From: Candidatus Omnitrophota bacterium
GTDB lineage: Bacteria > Ratteibacteria > UBA8468 > MWAK01
Assembly (NCBI GenBank): GCA_043797665.1
Contig: JAZDPL010000047.1
Span: forward strand, 1 to 47,069
DNA: 47,069 nt
Reading direction: 5' to 3'
In this document: positions 45,056-47,069 of the stretch, piece by piece
How positions within the stretch are numbered: the stretch's first letter is position 1
Layout of the letters: the number at the start of each line of letters is the position of its first letter
Program-made: the position numbers and the translations under genes
Notes under the pieces: generated by a model
Database searches by the model: none
Seen by the model: only the letters and a program-made list of their open reading frames with translations
Told to the model about the DNA's origin: nothing

Positions 45056-45628
45056 ATGGAAGACGGAACTGGAAAAAATAAGAAAGATTTCGCGGGCTTG
45101 GAGGGTTTAGGACTGACCTTCCTTATCCCTGAAAAAACCGAAATTATCTTTGGTTTCGATAATTTCTTGTACGCAACGGTAAAACCCGATAACGGAGGTG
45201 ACCCCAGGGTTTACCGCGGCATATTTGCGGTTTTATGTTTTCCGGTTATCTCTCCGCACCAGTTTGTTTCCCTGCGGTACTTTGACGAAAAAGGACTGGA
45301 GAGAGAGGTAGGCATAATCAAAGACCCGTCCGATTTTCCTCCGGAAGCCAGAAAATTACTGGCCGGCAGTCTGGCAAAGTACTACTTTGAGTTTGAGGTA
45401 ATCCGTGTTCTGGCGGTTACCCATTCTTACGGTCTTTTAATGTTCGACGTGCTAACTGACCACGGTCCCCGGCAATTTGAGATGCGCTGGAAAGGTGACC
45501 GGGCCCAGGATTACGGTGAAAAAGGGAAGGTACTCTTTGACGTTTTTGATTGCCGCTATATCATCCGGGACCTTGATAAACTGCCCCTCTTAGACCGGGA
45601 ACTCTTCACCCGTTACATCTACTGGTAG
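45056..45628 (+). CDS. DUF1854 domain protein
   Basis: CFPVISP..FVSL, EVGII, YYF, VLTDHGPRQF, DVFDCRYII.D..KL. Confidence 0.8.
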   Translation: MEDGTGKNKKDFAGLEGLGLTFLIPEKTEIIFGFDNFLYATVKPDNGGDPRVYRGIFAVLCFPVISPHQFVSLRYFDEKGLEREVGIIKDPSDFPPEARKLLAGSLAKYYFEFEVIRVLAVTHSYGLLMFDVLTDHGPRQFEMRWKGDRAQDYGEKGKVLFDVFDCRYIIRDLDKLPLLDRELFTRYIYW

Positions 45629-45635
45629 AAATTGA

Positions 45636-45701
45636 TTCCCTTCTTTGAAAAAGAGGCGGGTTCCCTACCAGTTGAATCTGGTAGGGGTGTAGGGGAGATT
45701 T
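45636..45701. repeat. CCCCT/AAGAGG-type palindrome interrupted by a 30-bp type A element (45657-45686)
   Basis: CCCTTCTTTGAAAAAGAGG[CGGGTT-CCCTACCAG-TTGAAT-CTGGTAGGG]GTGTAGGGGAGATTT; compare 37871-37906. Confidence 0.85.
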
Positions 45702-45711
45702 GGGATTCGAT

Positions 45712-45757
45712 TTGACAGGCTATCTTTATTGTGATATTATTGTTAACAGTTAACAAT
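45712..45757 (+). promoter_or_regulatory. sigma70 promoter with overlapping palindromic operator
   Basis: TTGACA-N17-TATTAT with TG extension; perfect ATTGTTAAC-A-GTTAACAAT at 45739-45757. Confidence 0.8.
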
Positions 45758-46436
45758 GGGTAAGAATAACTCTATCTCTCCGGTGAACCGGGCGTCTCTG
45801 ACCGACCAGGTTCTGAATAACCTTCGGCAGGCCATTCTGAATGGTAAACTCAAACCCGGACAACGAATTATTGAAGAAGACGTTGCCGCTATGATGCAAA
45901 CCAGCCGGGGACCGGTCCGTGATGCGTTGATTCAGATGGAACACGAAGGACTTGTCATTCGGAATCGAAATTGTGGTTCCGTGGTTGCCAATCCTTCTTC
46001 AGAGGACATGGAAGAGGTCTGGAGCCTACGGGTAGTCCTGGAAAACATGGCTCTTCGGTACGCTGTCCAACGGGCAACAGAAACTGATATCGCCAGACTG
46101 GAACAATGCGTGCAGAGGCTCGGAGGATGTTTAAGGAAAAACTTTTCCCTGAAAAGAGCGGTTGACTTAGACCTAAAAATTCACGAAGAGTTAATGAATA
46201 TTTCCAGGCACAAGCGGCTAATCTCTGTTTGGCAAGGACTGAAATCCCAGATCTGGTTTTTAATCTTTTCCAGAAATGTATTTGATGAGGCTGGTTTTCC
46301 GCGGGACTCGGACGTGGAACATAGGAAGTTAATTTCCGCTATTCGGAAAAAGAATCTGGCGCAAGGTACGGAACATCTCAAAACGCATCTGGGAAGCGCC
46401 TATACCAGGTTACTGAAAACCTACAAACGAAAGTAA
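45756..46436 (+). CDS. GntR family regulator (FCD/FadR type)
   Basis: LRQAILNG.LKPG.RI.E..VA....SRGPVRDAL..E.EGLV, LR..LE, H..L..AI. Confidence 0.93.
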   Translation: MGKNNSISPVNRASLTDQVLNNLRQAILNGKLKPGQRIIEEDVAAMMQTSRGPVRDALIQMEHEGLVIRNRNCGSVVANPSSEDMEEVWSLRVVLENMALRYAVQRATETDIARLEQCVQRLGGCLRKNFSLKRAVDLDLKIHEELMNISRHKRLISVWQGLKSQIWFLIFSRNVFDEAGFPRDSDVEHRKLISAIRKKNLAQGTEHLKTHLGSAYTRLLKTYKRK

Positions 46437-46465
46437 GAAGAAAACAGACCAAACATAAGGAGGGC

Positions 46466-46819
46466 ATGGTGGTACGGATAAGAAAAGCGGTACGTAATTT
46501 ATTAGCGAAAAATTATGCGTAAACAGGATATGTGCGTTACAGAATCTGAAAAGCGTGGACGCATTTTCTATGTATCCAAAGTGTGGAACACGGCAAATAT
46601 TTGCACGTTGATTTGGAAGATTGCACGCTGATGGGTTATAAGGTTTTTGGGGTACGGGTCCAGAAAGAGACAGAAGGTAGCCTTGGTTATACGACAAAAG
46701 GGGATGTGAAGGCGTATGTGCAGTTTCAACAGGTAGTACCCGCAGGATTTCACCGTCTTTCCCACTGGCCGGTGGAAGTGTTTAATAGTTTGTTACCGTC
46801 CTTACGCCCAATGAAATAG
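46466..46819 (+). pseudogene. Possible degenerate IS200-family transposase remnant
   Basis: AAGGAGG+ATG 46466 in frame with ORF 46583 across two stops; GSLGYTTKGDVKAYVQFQQ resembles the TnpA YxxxQ helix; no HUH motif found. Confidence 0.35.
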
Positions 46820-46893
46820 ACGAACTTACCTGGATGAACATCAAACGGGTAATTTACCCGGGGACGATGAAAGAATTTTTTGAATCGTGGTTT

Positions 46894-46924
46894 GCCATCC
46901 CCGGTGTTTTTGAACGGGGGATGG
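46894..46924. repeat. Degenerate GTCATCCCCG-type hairpin
   Basis: GCCATCCCCG-GTGTTTTTGAA-CGGGGGATGG. Confidence 0.5.
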
Positions 46925-46940
46925 AACAAGGAGGAACAAC

Positions 46941-47069
46941 ATGACGAGGAATGTAATTTTTGTGTGTTTGTGTCTGGGTATTGCCCTATCGCTCCGCGCG
47001 GCGGAGAAACGGGAATATCCCTGTTACCGGCTGGCGAAAGCGCCGGCGTTGGATGGCAACATAGATAAG
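46941..47069 (+). CDS. Secreted protein, 5' part only (CBM9/DOMON-like start); not in ORF track
   Basis: SD AAGGAGG, MTRNVIFVCLCLGIALSLRA signal peptide then APALDGNID; open to the window end. Confidence 0.7.
   Translation, partial: MTRNVIFVCLCLGIALSLRAAEKREYPCYRLAKAPALDGNIDK

Noticed and set aside
3..46924. Repeats as a CRISPR array
   Set aside because: Copies are dispersed rather than regularly spaced, and no cas genes are present.
46880..47068. 62-aa ORF at the window end
   Set aside because: The alternative frame from ATG 46941 has an SD and a signal peptide and is the better call.

Overview
47 kb of chromosome from a diderm (lpxB, msbA-like, hldE-kinase) bacterium, probably an uncultured lineage (unverified). 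It carries about 45 genes: housekeeping (rpmB, recJ, proC, mtnP, coaX, rpoD, dnaG, cimA, galK, guaB3, RNase E/G, tRNA-Leu-CAG), sugar catabolism, a partial T2SS pseudopilin cluster (G-I-J-K-L-M), a PqqD-like/mini-FtsX/ABC triad and an HlyD/Zn-ribbon-ABC/DUF1854 triad. The most striking signal is non-genic. Most intergenic spacers and several CDSs hold short palindromic elements from at least six families, often nested inside one another. One is a 30-bp micro-element (CGGG tail + CCCT...AGGG hairpin). Seven type-A copies show a covarying stem and fixed 6-nt loop; all sit inside other repeats (including another copy and a tRNA 3' duplicate), with a net +29-bp junction where the empty site can be reconstructed. 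Five type-B copies are translated in frame, three at the same position in the cleaved leaders of consecutive pseudopilins. No intact mobilising enzyme is present, only a possible degenerate IS200 tnpA. All calls are by eye from motifs; no searches were run.
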